Source of the DNA: Lawsonibacter sp.
GTDB lineage: Bacteria > Bacillota > Clostridia > Oscillospirales > Oscillospiraceae
Direction: 5' to 3'
NCBI GenBank assembly: GCA_022791075.1
Contig: JAAVYL010000071.1
Coordinates: 1 to 49,427 of the forward strand
Length of the DNA: 49,427 bases
This document shows positions 25,825-34,591 of the stretch, one piece after another. The notes beneath the pieces were generated by a model. The model did no database searches and was not told where the DNA came from. It saw only the letters and a list, made by a program, of their open reading frames with translations. Numbering within the stretch: the first letter of the stretch is position 1; every line of letters begins with the position of its first letter. Position numbers and translations under genes: made by a program.

Positions 25825-27501
25825 TTATTCACTCTCAAACAGCGCGTCATACCAGACGGGCTGCCGGGTGCTGAGCATCAGCTTGCTGCGCACCGGATTC
25901 GGAACCCAGCTGCCATTCTGGCAGACCGCGGGCCGGGTATCAAGCTCCATCCCCGCAAGTCCGGCGCCCTCCTGGGCCAAAGCCTCCTGTCTGGGCTCCA
26001 CAAACATGTCCGCATAAAAGATTCCGCTGTGCCCCTGCGCATTGCTGAACGCCACATAGGTGCTGTTCTCGTTGGCCCGGATGCGGCCAATATGGCAGTG
26101 GGTGTCTGGAGTCTTCGACCGTGAATAGGGGATGCAGCATTTCTGCAGGTCAGCGGGGGCTGCAATCAAATCGCAGCCGTCGTTTGCCAGCAGGCGGGGC
26201 AGCTCAGTGGTCCATATCTCAGAGCCGATCAGTACTCCAATCCGGCTCCCTCCCAAATCCATCCACGCCCCAGGCCGGTCCCCTGCCGAGGCCCAGACCC
26301 GTTCAGAGAGGAGCAGATGGGATTTGTGATAGACCAGCCGCCCTCCGTCGGGGGCGAAGACTGCCGCAGAATTATAGAGCTTCTCTTCCCGCTGAAGAAT
26401 CAGGCCGCAGATCAGGGTCAGCCCGGTATGGCGCGCCAGCCCGGCCAGCTGCTCCATAACGGGACCGTCCTCCCTGTCTGCCAGCGCCTCAGCCTCCTCC
26501 CGGCTCTGAGGACGGCCGCACACCGCCAGCTCAGGCAGTATGAGCAGGGTGTGTCCCCCGGTCCGGGCCTGGTCCGTCAGTTCCCTGATGCGGTCCAGGT
26601 TGCGGTCCGCAGCTCCCCGCTCCGGCTGGAACTGCCCCACTGCCGCCCGCATCACCTCACCGGAGGGAATCAGCGGCTGGGCGTAGATGGTGTGAAGCAT
26701 ATCCTGGGGCCAGTGGTACTGGTGCAGCTGCAGGCCTGCGTACAGCTCTGGCCTGCGGGGGGCCAGCTCGTCACAGGCGGTCTTCTCGGTGTCAATCTCC
26801 CCAAGGGCTATGCCGTCCCCCTCCTCCTGGACTGCCAGGACGGCGCCGCTCTGGTCCAAAACCGCACTGCATCCGGAAAAATCAAACCCCTTCTCAGTGC
26901 CGTGACGGTTGGCCACCACCATAGCCACCTGATTTTCATAGGCCCGGGTCTGCCAGATGGCCGACGGCATCACCGGCTCGTTCCAGCAGGTGGGAACGCA
27001 CAGCACCTGCGCCCCCTTCACCCGGGACAGGCGTACAGATTCCGGAAAGCTGACGTCCATACAAATCTGCATGGAAATTCTGCCGATTGGGGTGTCGTAC
27101 ACGGCAGTCGGCTGGTCGCCGTTTTTGGCCCACATAGTGTCCGGCGTGTAGGGGTGCACCTTTTTGTGGCAGCCCCAATAGCCCTCCGGCCCTGCCAGGA
27201 TGCAGGCGTTGTACAGCCGCCGCCCCTCCCGGACGGGCAGCCCCACCACCAGATAGCAGTCCAGCTCCCTGGCCAGCCGGATAAAGTGCTGGGCTGTGGG
27301 GCCGCCGGGCACCTCCTCCGCCAGCTCCTCCGCCTGGGCCCGGCCGGACAGATAATAGCCGGTGGTGCCCATCTCCGGAAGGACCACCAGCCTGGCGCCA
27401 TCCTTCACCGCCCGCCTGGTCCACGCCTCCAGCTGGGATATGTTGTATGCCTTATCCAGCAGCCGGCTGTTGTATTGGATCGCCGCAGCCAGGTACTTCA
27501 C
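25825..27501 (-). CDS. Tandem carbon-nitrogen hydrolase (nitrilase superfamily, two domains)
   Basis: Domain 1 has VLPE, HKKVH and QICMD (intact E-K-C triad). Domain 2 has ILPE, YHKSH and LIGSE (Cys absent). GTG 27501 with RBS GGAGGAG. Confidence 0.88.
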   Translation of the reverse strand: MKYLAAAIQYNSRLLDKAYNISQLEAWTRRAVKDGARLVVLPEMGTTGYYLSGRAQAEELAEEVPGGPTAQHFIRLARELDCYLVVGLPVREGRRLYNACILAGPEGYWGCHKKVHPYTPDTMWAKNGDQPTAVYDTPIGRISMQICMDVSFPESVRLSRVKGAQVLCVPTCWNEPVMPSAIWQTRAYENQVAMVVANRHGTEKGFDFSGCSAVLDQSGAVLAVQEEGDGIALGEIDTEKTACDELAPRRPELYAGLQLHQYHWPQDMLHTIYAQPLIPSGEVMRAAVGQFQPERGAADRNLDRIRELTDQARTGGHTLLILPELAVCGRPQSREEAEALADREDGPVMEQLAGLARHTGLTLICGLILQREEKLYNSAAVFAPDGGRLVYHKSHLLLSERVWASAGDRPGAWMDLGGSRIGVLIGSEIWTTELPRLLANDGCDLIAAPADLQKCCIPYSRSKTPDTHCHIGRIRANENSTYVAFSNAQGHSGIFYADMFVEPRQEALAQEGAGLAGMELDTRPAVCQNGSWVPNPVRSKLMLSTRQPVWYDALFESE

Positions 27502-27649
27502 AAAAACTCCTCCTCTCTGTTTTAAAGCTAATTTAAAGCTAAAAGCCTTGCTGTTTCCGGCTCGGGCTCCAGCAGCGCGCATTCCTCCTTGTTCTCCCGC
27601 GCCCGGAAAATCGTCGAGTTGCATGACGCTCCCCCGCTTCTTGCATTCC

Positions 27650-27689
27650 TTTTCCGCATTCCGAAAAATAGTTTTCGGTTATCGGAAAA
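27650..27689. promoter_or_regulatory. Tandem IclR-type operator candidates
   Basis: TTTTCCG-catt-CCGAAAA (27650-27667) and its inverted copy TTTTCGG-ttat-CGGAAAA (27672-27689), between the nitrilase and the IclR gene. Confidence 0.6.
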
Positions 27690-27759
27690 TCAGCCGCTCG
27701 TTCCTCTCTCTTTGCACAAAAATACAGGAGTTTTTTTGCGATTATTATGCAACATAGAC

Positions 27760-27788
27760 ATATTAGCGCAGATAGGAGGATTTGTCAA
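27760..27788 (-). promoter_or_regulatory. Promoter for the nitrilase-permease-DUF917 operon
   Basis: TTGACA-N17-TAATAT on the minus strand. Confidence 0.6.
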
Positions 27789-27879
27789 CTGCAATTTTCT
27801 CTTTTCAAGCACAGCAGCCCATGCTATAATGATGCAAACCAAGGGGCGGTCTGCCGCCAATCGGGAAGGAGGAGTCACC

Positions 27880-28629
27880 ATGGAACGGGAAGGAAACAGC
27901 AGCTATCTGCAAACTGCAGGACGCGCCCTGTCCGTCCTGCAGCTGTTCGAGGACAAGGGGGAATACTCCCTGACAGAGATTTCTCATCTGATCCACCTCG
28001 GCCCGACCATCACCTACCGCCTGCTCTACACCCTGACAGAGCACTGCTTTCTCAGTCAGGACCCGGTGAGCAAGCGGTATCGAATTGGAGACGGCACCGT
28101 AATGCTGGGCCTGGTTGGGCTGCAGAACAAGGAAATTTACCGAGCCTCCCACCGCCTGGTCCTGGACTACTATCAGCAGACGGGAGACCATGTATGCGTT
28201 ACGGTCTGTATCGGCGGCAAAAGCGTTGTGATTGAAAAGTTTTCTTCCCTCGCGGACGACGAGGACTCCCTGTATATCGGCCAGAGCTATTCCCTCCAGC
28301 GCGGCGCCTCCAATCGCATCCTGCTGGCCTTCATGGACGCCAGGCAGCAGGAGGAGTATCTGGAGTCCCTGCTGCTGGACGACGCCCAGAGGGCGGGTCT
28401 GCAGGAGGAGCTGAACCGGATCCGCCAGCGGGGCTACGACTACACCGAGCAGCTGCTCACCAAGGGGCTTTGGGGGCTGAGCGTGCCCATCTACGACCGC
28501 TATGGCCGCTTTGCGGCCGGACTGAGCACCGGGGACTTTCTGGACGAGAATTCCGCCCTTGTCGTCCCGGAGCGGCTGGAGCGGCTGCGGCAGCTGGCCG
28601 ACCGCATCATGAAACGGATGAGAAACTAG
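27880..28629 (+). CDS. IclR family transcriptional regulator
   Basis: RALSVL..F, SLTEIS, T.YRLL.TL, GAS..ILLAF, IRQRGY and SVPI; RBS GGAGGAG before ATG 27880. Confidence 0.92.
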   Translation: MEREGNSSYLQTAGRALSVLQLFEDKGEYSLTEISHLIHLGPTITYRLLYTLTEHCFLSQDPVSKRYRIGDGTVMLGLVGLQNKEIYRASHRLVLDYYQQTGDHVCVTVCIGGKSVVIEKFSSLADDEDSLYIGQSYSLQRGASNRILLAFMDARQQEEYLESLLLDDAQRAGLQEELNRIRQRGYDYTEQLLTKGLWGLSVPIYDRYGRFAAGLSTGDFLDENSALVVPERLERLRQLADRIMKRMRN

Positions 28630-28660
28630 CAGATAAAGCATTTTGAAAGGAGTCACCCCT

Positions 28661-29329
28661 ATGAAAAAGCTGGGACTTATTACCATCGGACAATCGCCCC
28701 GCACAGACATCACCCCTGACCTGGAGCCCATCCTCGGGCCGGACGTTCAGCTGTGTCAGGCGGGCGCTCTGGACGGCATCACCCCCCAGGAGGCGGCCGC
28801 CCTGGCCCCGGAGGAGGGAGACAGCGTGCTGATCTCCAAGCTGCGGGACGGTTCCACCGTACTGCTGGGAGAGCAGCGCATCCTCCCCCGGCTCCAGCAG
28901 TGCATCTATTCTCTGGAGGAACAGGAGGCGGAGCTGATTTTGTTTCTGTGCACCGGCAGCTTCCCCCCCTTTCAGAGCCATGTCCCCCTGATATACCCCT
29001 GCGTGGTCCTCAACGGAGCAGTTCCCGCTTTGACCGGGAGGTCCCGCATTGCGGTAGTCGCTCCAAAGGAGGAGCAGCGGGCACAGTGCATGGAAAAGTG
29101 GCAGAATTTCGTCCAGTCCGTCCAGGTCGTCTGCGCCTCCCCCTACGGGCCGCCGGAGGAGCTGGACCAGGCCGCCCGGGAGGCGTCCGCGCTGGACGCA
29201 GACCTGATAGTGATGGACTGTATGGGCTACACCACAGCGATGAAGGAGCGGGTGCGCCAGCTGTCCGGCAAGCCTGTGGTCCTCTCCCGCACCCTTGCAG
29301 CCCGTGCCGTCGCAGAGCTTCTGGCGTAA
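28661..29329 (+). CDS. AroM family protein
   Basis: ITIGQSPRTD, GALDG, LISKLRDG, LCTG.FP, ASPY and MDCMGY. Confidence 0.85.
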   Translation: MKKLGLITIGQSPRTDITPDLEPILGPDVQLCQAGALDGITPQEAAALAPEEGDSVLISKLRDGSTVLLGEQRILPRLQQCIYSLEEQEAELILFLCTGSFPPFQSHVPLIYPCVVLNGAVPALTGRSRIAVVAPKEEQRAQCMEKWQNFVQSVQVVCASPYGPPEELDQAAREASALDADLIVMDCMGYTTAMKERVRQLSGKPVVLSRTLAARAVAELLA

Positions 29330-29345
29330 GAAAGGAAGGTATCAC

Positions 29346-30287
29346 ATGAGTTTGATCGAGATTGCAGCAGGTATTCTGTCCTCCTGTATGGACGTCAAGG
29401 CGGGCGAATCCGTGTTGGTCATTACCGATGATCAGAAGCTGGACATCGGACAGGCCCTGTATCAGGCCGCCAAGGAGATGGGAGCGGAGGCCATGCTGGT
29501 CACCATGGAGCCCAGACGCGTCTCCGGCGAGGAGCCCCCCGCCCCTGTGGCCGCCGCCATGCTGGCCGCAGACGTGATTCTCTGCCCCATGAGCACCTCC
29601 ATCACCCATACCAAGGCGAAGCTTGCCGCCGTGAAGGCCGGCGCCCGCATCGCCACCATGCCCGGCATCTCGGAGTACATGTTCAGCCATGGCGCCATGA
29701 CCGCCAACTACGATACGGTAATGGACCTGACCCTCCGCGTCACCGACCTGCTCACCCAGGCCTCCACTGCCCGGATTGAAAAGGACGGGCATGTGCTCAC
29801 CCTGGACTTGAGCGGCCGGCCGGGGGTCTCCAGCCCCGGCGTATACCGCGAAAAGGGGCAGGGGGGAAACCTCCCCTCCGGCGAGGCCTATATCGCCCCC
29901 CTGGAGAACAGCTCCAACGGAACCATGGTCATTGACGGCTCTATGGTCGGGGTGGGCCTTCTCTCCTCCCCCCTCACCGTCACTGTGAAGGACGGCAGGC
30001 TGCAGAGCATTGCCGGAGCGGACGCCGGCAAGCTGGACATCCTGCTGCAGAATAAGCGAAATTCCACCCTGTGCGAGCTGGGCATCGGCACCAACTACGC
30101 CGCCCAGCTCATCGGGATTATTTTGGAGGACGAAAAGGCTTTCCACACGGTACACATCGCCTTCGGCACCAATACCGGGTTTGGCGGGGTCAATCAGGCG
30201 GACTGCCACATGGACGGCATTATCAAAAACCCCACGCTCTATCTGGATGACGTCCTGGTGATGAAGGACGGCGACTTTCAAATCTGA
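29346..30287 (+). CDS. M29-family (aminopeptidase T-like) metallopeptidase
   Basis: GNLPSGE, ELGIGTN, EDEK, HIAFG and HMD. Confidence 0.82.
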   Translation: MSLIEIAAGILSSCMDVKAGESVLVITDDQKLDIGQALYQAAKEMGAEAMLVTMEPRRVSGEEPPAPVAAAMLAADVILCPMSTSITHTKAKLAAVKAGARIATMPGISEYMFSHGAMTANYDTVMDLTLRVTDLLTQASTARIEKDGHVLTLDLSGRPGVSSPGVYREKGQGGNLPSGEAYIAPLENSSNGTMVIDGSMVGVGLLSSPLTVTVKDGRLQSIAGADAGKLDILLQNKRNSTLCELGIGTNYAAQLIGIILEDEKAFHTVHIAFGTNTGFGGVNQADCHMDGIIKNPTLYLDDVLVMKDGDFQI

Positions 30288-30302
30288 GGGGGAGGACTTT
30301 TT

Positions 30303-30962
30303 ATGAGACGCTATCGTGTGGGACTCATCCGCGTTTTGACGACAGAGGACCCGGAGCTGCTGGGGCTGCACGGAAAGCTGCTGGAGCAGTATTTCCCCAT
30401 GCTGGAGGTGGAATTCCGATGTATTCCCCACCAGCCGGAGGGGATTCACGACGACGCCACCATGGCCCTGAGCGCACCCAAGGTGGTGGCGCTGGCCAGG
30501 GAGATGTGGCAGGAGGGCTTCGAGGCCATTGTCGTCAGCTGCGCCGGAGACCCCGGGGTGGAGCAGGCCCGGAGGGAGGTTCCAATCCCCGTAGTCGGCG
30601 CGGGGGAGAGCACCGCCGCCCTCAGCCTGTTTTACGGCAGCCGGCCCGCTGTACTGGGAATCACCGCCGATGTTCCGGCGGGGTTCCAGAGAACCCTCGG
30701 TCCCGCCCTGGTCAGCTCTGACCGGGGGGATGGCGTGGAGAGCGTTCTGGACCTTATGACGGCTCAAGGCTGCGCCGCCACATCCGAGGCCGCAAAGAGG
30801 CAGAAGGCCATGGGCGCAGACGTGATTGCCCTGAGCTGTACCGGCATGTCCACCATCCGGATTGCCCCCGAATTGGAGCGGGAATTGGGCATCCCTGTGC
30901 TGGATCCCGTGATGTGCGAGGGGTTGATGGTCTTATTTGAGCTGCTGCGCCGTCATGTATAG
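30303..30962 (+). CDS. Asp/Glu/hydantoin racemase family protein
   Basis: Two catalytic Cys motifs, VSCAGDPG and LSCTGM; IPVLDP. Confidence 0.85.
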   Translation: MRRYRVGLIRVLTTEDPELLGLHGKLLEQYFPMLEVEFRCIPHQPEGIHDDATMALSAPKVVALAREMWQEGFEAIVVSCAGDPGVEQARREVPIPVVGAGESTAALSLFYGSRPAVLGITADVPAGFQRTLGPALVSSDRGDGVESVLDLMTAQGCAATSEAAKRQKAMGADVIALSCTGMSTIRIAPELERELGIPVLDPVMCEGLMVLFELLRRHV

Positions 30963-31005
30963 AAAACGGAAACCGTCCGGGTCAGACCGGACGGTTTCCG
31001 TTTTC
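30962..31005. terminator. Bidirectional terminator
   Basis: 19-bp perfect inverted repeat GAAAACGGAAACCGTCCGG-gtcaga-CCGGACGGTTTCCGTTTTC. Confidence 0.85.
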
Positions 31006-31027
31006 CTGAGGCGAGGTTAGATCGGAC

Positions 31028-31891
31028 TTATTTTTCGATTCCCTTTCTCTTCATCCAGGCAGGGAGCTGGTCGGGCTGAAGTCCGTTATAGCGGCAGCCC
31101 GGGTAGCGGCAGTCGGCACAGTTCCCCTTATTCCCTTTGACGGGGGGCTCTCCCTTGATGTCCTTCTCCAAAAATTCCACCAGGGCCCTGATGTCAGCCT
31201 CCTCGCCGTCCACAGCCCAGTAGTGGGCGCCCTCATTGCCGCCAATGCCGCCGGCGCACACCACCCTGGCGTCGCAGCGGAACATCATCCTGATGGCCTC
31301 CACCTCGGTAACGATGTCGGCGCCGGACAGGCAGTACATGCCGGGGTCAGCCCCCATGGAGACGTCGATATGTCTCGCTCCGCCCAGGGCGCGGCTGGCG
31401 GCGGGGACACTGGGGACCATCTTCTCATAGCCTACGGGACAGATGTATTTCAGCCCCTTGCTGGTCATGTAGCCGATAAAATTGGGGACGGTTCCGCCGT
31501 TAAAGCCGGAGGTGATCACACCCACGTGTCCGTCCTGGTCAAAGGCGTTGGCGCCCTTGATAATGACCGTGTCGGCATGGTAGTCCTGAAGGGCTTCCTC
31601 GATCTTTTTATCCACAGGCTGGCCCTTGTAGAAAACATTGGGAAAGCTTCTGCGGCTGGAGGGCTCGGTAACGCACAGCAGGCCGTCGGTGCTGATGCCC
31701 ACGGTGCACAGGCCCGGTTCAATGCCCTTATCCCCCAGCAGTTCCTGGGCGATGAAGGCGTTGGTTGTACCGCCGGCCAGCAGGACATAGGCGTCCCTCC
31801 AGGCCTTCTGGAACTCGGGCATCCCAACGACTGCCTTGGCGATCAAGCGGCGGGCCTCGGCGGGAGTCAAAACAAAAGCAGCTTTCATCAT
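31028..31891 (-). CDS. Hypothetical protein, possible NagB/RpiA/CoA-transferase-like fold, with C-terminal CxxCxxxxC
   Basis: Coding-like codon usage; AGGTTN, IIKGANA.D, PVGYEK and CADCRYPGC. Fold is an inference. Confidence 0.7.
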   Translation of the reverse strand: MMKAAFVLTPAEARRLIAKAVVGMPEFQKAWRDAYVLLAGGTTNAFIAQELLGDKGIEPGLCTVGISTDGLLCVTEPSSRRSFPNVFYKGQPVDKKIEEALQDYHADTVIIKGANAFDQDGHVGVITSGFNGGTVPNFIGYMTSKGLKYICPVGYEKMVPSVPAASRALGGARHIDVSMGADPGMYCLSGADIVTEVEAIRMMFRCDARVVCAGGIGGNEGAHYWAVDGEEADIRALVEFLEKDIKGEPPVKGNKGNCADCRYPGCRYNGLQPDQLPAWMKRKGIEK

Positions 31892-31998
31892 TATCGCTCC
31901 AATCTTCAAAATTATTGGCTTCACACTTTTTCCGGGTGCTTTTTCAGGTCCACAACCGGGTTGACCAGCGGGGCCATCTCAAAGCCGCCGGGCCCCAA

Positions 31999-32033
31999 AA
32001 ATACCAGACAGGGACACTCCCTGTCTGGTATTT
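31999..32033 (-). terminator. Intrinsic terminator after the PfkB kinase gene
   Basis: AAATACCAGACAGGGA-cac-TCCCTGTCTGGTATTT, with a T-run on the minus strand. Confidence 0.75.
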
Positions 32034-32059
32034 CCAAGTCCCCTGCACGCAGGCCGGCT

Positions 32060-33001
32060 TCACGGCCGGGCCAAAAAGGCCTCAATTTCCTCCCGGGTGG
32101 GGAGGGCGGGAATGGCCCCCTTCTTCTGTACGCACAGCCCGCCGGCGGCATTGCCATACTCCATAGCCCGGCGAAGCACCTGCGCGGTGAACTGGTCCGT
32201 CCGCTCCACACTCTGCAGGCGCAGGCTGGAGAGGAAGGCCCCCCAGAAGGCGTCCCCAGCGCCGTTGGTGTCCACACAGGTGACCTTGTGGCTGGCCACA
32301 TCCCAACTCTCTCCGCCAAAGAAGCACCGGGCGCCGGCACCGCCCAGGGTCTCCACGACCACGGAGATGCCGAACTCCTCCATCAGACCGGGCAGGGCCT
32401 CCTCGCCCCCCATCATGTCGACCTCCTCGTCGGAAACCTTCAGCAGATCCACATAGGGCAGAATCTCCCGCACCTTGGCTGCGCAGGCCGCCTGGTCGTC
32501 ATTCCACATAACATTCCGGTAATTCACATCAAAGCTGACCAGCTTTTCCAGCTCGTGCCCCAGCCGCAGGGCCTTGACAGTGGCCTCCGCCACAGGGGAG
32601 GCGGACAGGGAGCAGGAGCCCGCGTGGACAATCACGCTGCCCCGGATATCCTCCTCCCGGACATCCTCCTCCTCCAGGAACATATCCGCCCCGGGCTTGC
32701 GGGCAAAGGTAAAACTTCGGTTGCCGTCGGGCGCCAGGGTGACAAAGGCCAGGGTGGTGACCGCGTTTTTGCAGAGCTTCGGATTGAGCACCTTAACCCC
32801 GTTCTCCTCCATGGTCTGGTTCAAAAAACGTCCGAAATCATCGTCTCCCACGCTGCTGCACACCCCTGCCTCCAGCCCGCTGCGGGCCGCGATAATAGCA
32901 GCGTTGCCGGGAGCGCCGCCAGGATTGCGGATATAGCTGGCCGGTTCACTGCCGGGGGTAAAGTCGATTACAAGCTCTCCAAGGCTGTACAGGTCCATCA
33001 T
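32060..33001 (-). CDS. PfkB family carbohydrate kinase (fructokinase-like)
   Basis: GELVIDF, PGGAPGN, VGDDDFG, FDVNYR, KVSDEE and DTNGAGDAF. Confidence 0.92.
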   Translation of the reverse strand: MMDLYSLGELVIDFTPGSEPASYIRNPGGAPGNAAIIAARSGLEAGVCSSVGDDDFGRFLNQTMEENGVKVLNPKLCKNAVTTLAFVTLAPDGNRSFTFARKPGADMFLEEEDVREEDIRGSVIVHAGSCSLSASPVAEATVKALRLGHELEKLVSFDVNYRNVMWNDDQAACAAKVREILPYVDLLKVSDEEVDMMGGEEALPGLMEEFGISVVVETLGGAGARCFFGGESWDVASHKVTCVDTNGAGDAFWGAFLSSLRLQSVERTDQFTAQVLRRAMEYGNAAGGLCVQKKGAIPALPTREEIEAFLARP

Positions 33002-33054
33002 TTTACTGTCCCCTTCTGTTTTTCAAATATGTTCCGAGGAATGGCAATACCTAC

Positions 33055-33083
33055 AATTTATCACGCGGGCTCCTCCTTGTCAA
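33055..33083 (-). promoter_or_regulatory. Promoter for the PfkB kinase gene
   Basis: TTGACA-N17-TAAATT with extended -10 TG. Confidence 0.6.
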
Positions 33084-33228
33084 CCGCGGCGGAGCCGCGG
33101 GGCGTGTCCATCTGCGCATTTTATCCCGATTGATTTTCCCTGATTTGTCCTTGTTATGCTGCAAGGGCACATATTCACTTTGGGCAGCCCAACATTTGCG
33201 GCTGTTCAATAAAACAGAAGCTACATTT

Positions 33229-33762
33229 CTAATTTCTCGTTTGCAAATGGCCTAACAACCAAAAAGTAATTGGCTTAAAAATGACATAAAAACAGTATCC
33301 GAGCATTCCTCCCATCACGTTCGTCATTAAATCTGTGATATCCGAGGATCTAAAACCGTTGATAAGCGGCTGGAGCAGTTCAATACCCATACTCATCAAA
33401 AAGCAGCAAAATACCGTTCTGCCAAATTTGGCTGATCCCTTTTGCGTTAACGGAAACAGGAACCCAAATGGCATGGTCATAATAATATTCAATATTATCT
33501 GCCTTAAAAAATCTCCTCTTCCCTCTAAAACATCTATAAATGGCACCAAATTCATAGGCTCATAGGGATGATTCAGGACAAATGGAATCGAAATTATGAC
33601 CGGCATCAAGGTAAAATAGAGCACAAAAGAAAGATATACATACATCAGTGTGTTGACAAGCAGTACATCCTTACCTCTGATTTTCCATTTACGGAAGAAA
33701 ATAAACGTATATAAGAGGGCTAAGGCTATAAAATCTACACCATATTTTATCAAATATTTCAT
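33229..33762 (-). CDS. VanZ-like membrane protein
   Basis: NLVPF, NIIMTMPFGFLFP and IELLQ..R..DITDLMTN..G; markedly AT-rich compared with neighbours. Confidence 0.85.
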   Translation of the reverse strand: MKYLIKYGVDFIALALLYTFIFFRKWKIRGKDVLLVNTLMYVYLSFVLYFTLMPVIISIPFVLNHPYEPMNLVPFIDVLEGRGDFLRQIILNIIMTMPFGFLFPLTQKGSAKFGRTVFCCFLMSMGIELLQPLINGFRSSDITDLMTNVMGGMLGYCFYVIFKPITFWLLGHLQTRN

Positions 33763-33905
33763 AACAATTTTCCCTGTAAATCCCATTTTGACAGCACATC
33801 CGGTTCCCTGCGGTCTGTTCTCTCCCGGACAGGCAGATTGTATGGAAAGCTTATGCGCAGGCGGTAATGGCAAGGCCCGCGCCGTTCAACAGCGCCGCCG
33901 CCCTG

Positions 33906-34331
33906 TCAGGAGGCTGCGCAGATAATCTGGATTTCCACAGGGGCATTACCCGGAAGGGAGGCGACACCCAATGCTGCCCGGGCCGCCACGCCGGCATCCC
34001 CCAGCCTTTCACACAGATAGTCCGTGGCGAAATCGGCCAGCTTGGAATGGAGGGTAAAGCCGTCCTCAGCGTTGACATAAACCATCAGCGAAAGCACCTG
34101 GCTGATATGTTCCCCCTCATGCAGCTGATTCAGTGCCGCAGTCAGCGCGTTGTCGGCGGCCTGACAGACAGCCTCCCGATAGGGTTCCAGCGGCTCCCCC
34201 GCCTTGACTCGGCCCGTGAAGATGAGAACCCCGTTTCTTCGGGAGGTCATTCCGGCGGTAAAGATAAGATTCCCAGACCGAGTTGCCGGGACATAATTCC
34301 CCTGGGGGATAGGATTGGCTCTCTTTTCCAT
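33906..34331 (-). CDS. RidA/YjgF superfamily protein
   Basis: P.GNYVPA, IFTAG and ARAALGVASLP.NAPVEI, including the conserved Arg. Confidence 0.88.
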   Translation of the reverse strand: MEKRANPIPQGNYVPATRSGNLIFTAGMTSRRNGVLIFTGRVKAGEPLEPYREAVCQAADNALTAALNQLHEGEHISQVLSLMVYVNAEDGFTLHSKLADFATDYLCERLGDAGVAARAALGVASLPGNAPVEIQIICAAS

Positions 34332-34547
34332 AAAAGGTCTCCTTATACTTTTCTGTATCAGCCCACAGCTGTCAGCAGGAGCCCGACCTCAATACCGCGC
34401 GCTCCTGAAGCTGATGCGGAAGCGGGCTGACCCTATTTTAACTGATGCATTAGAGGAACGCAACCCATTCGCCTTTTCCCACTGGAAAAGGCACTTTTTA
34501 TGTAGCGAGGTCCACATAAAAAACAATCCGCCAGCTTGTAAAAGTAT

Positions 34548-34588
34548 GCAAAACAGAAGCAGGCAAAAGCCTGCTCCTGCTTTTTTGC
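34548..34588. terminator. Terminator downstream of feoB-HAD
   Basis: Core AGCAGGC-aaaa-GCCTGCT with flanking A and T runs. Confidence 0.6.
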
Positions 34589-34591
34589 GCG

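Noticed and set aside
27519-27545. Direct repeat TTTAAAGCTAA x2 upstream of the nitrilase RBS
   Set aside because: Only two short AT-rich copies; not enough to assign a function.
31921-32340. 139-aa minus-strand ORF bridging the PfkB and hypothetical genes
   Set aside because: Overlaps the PfkB gene in another frame and runs through a terminator hairpin.
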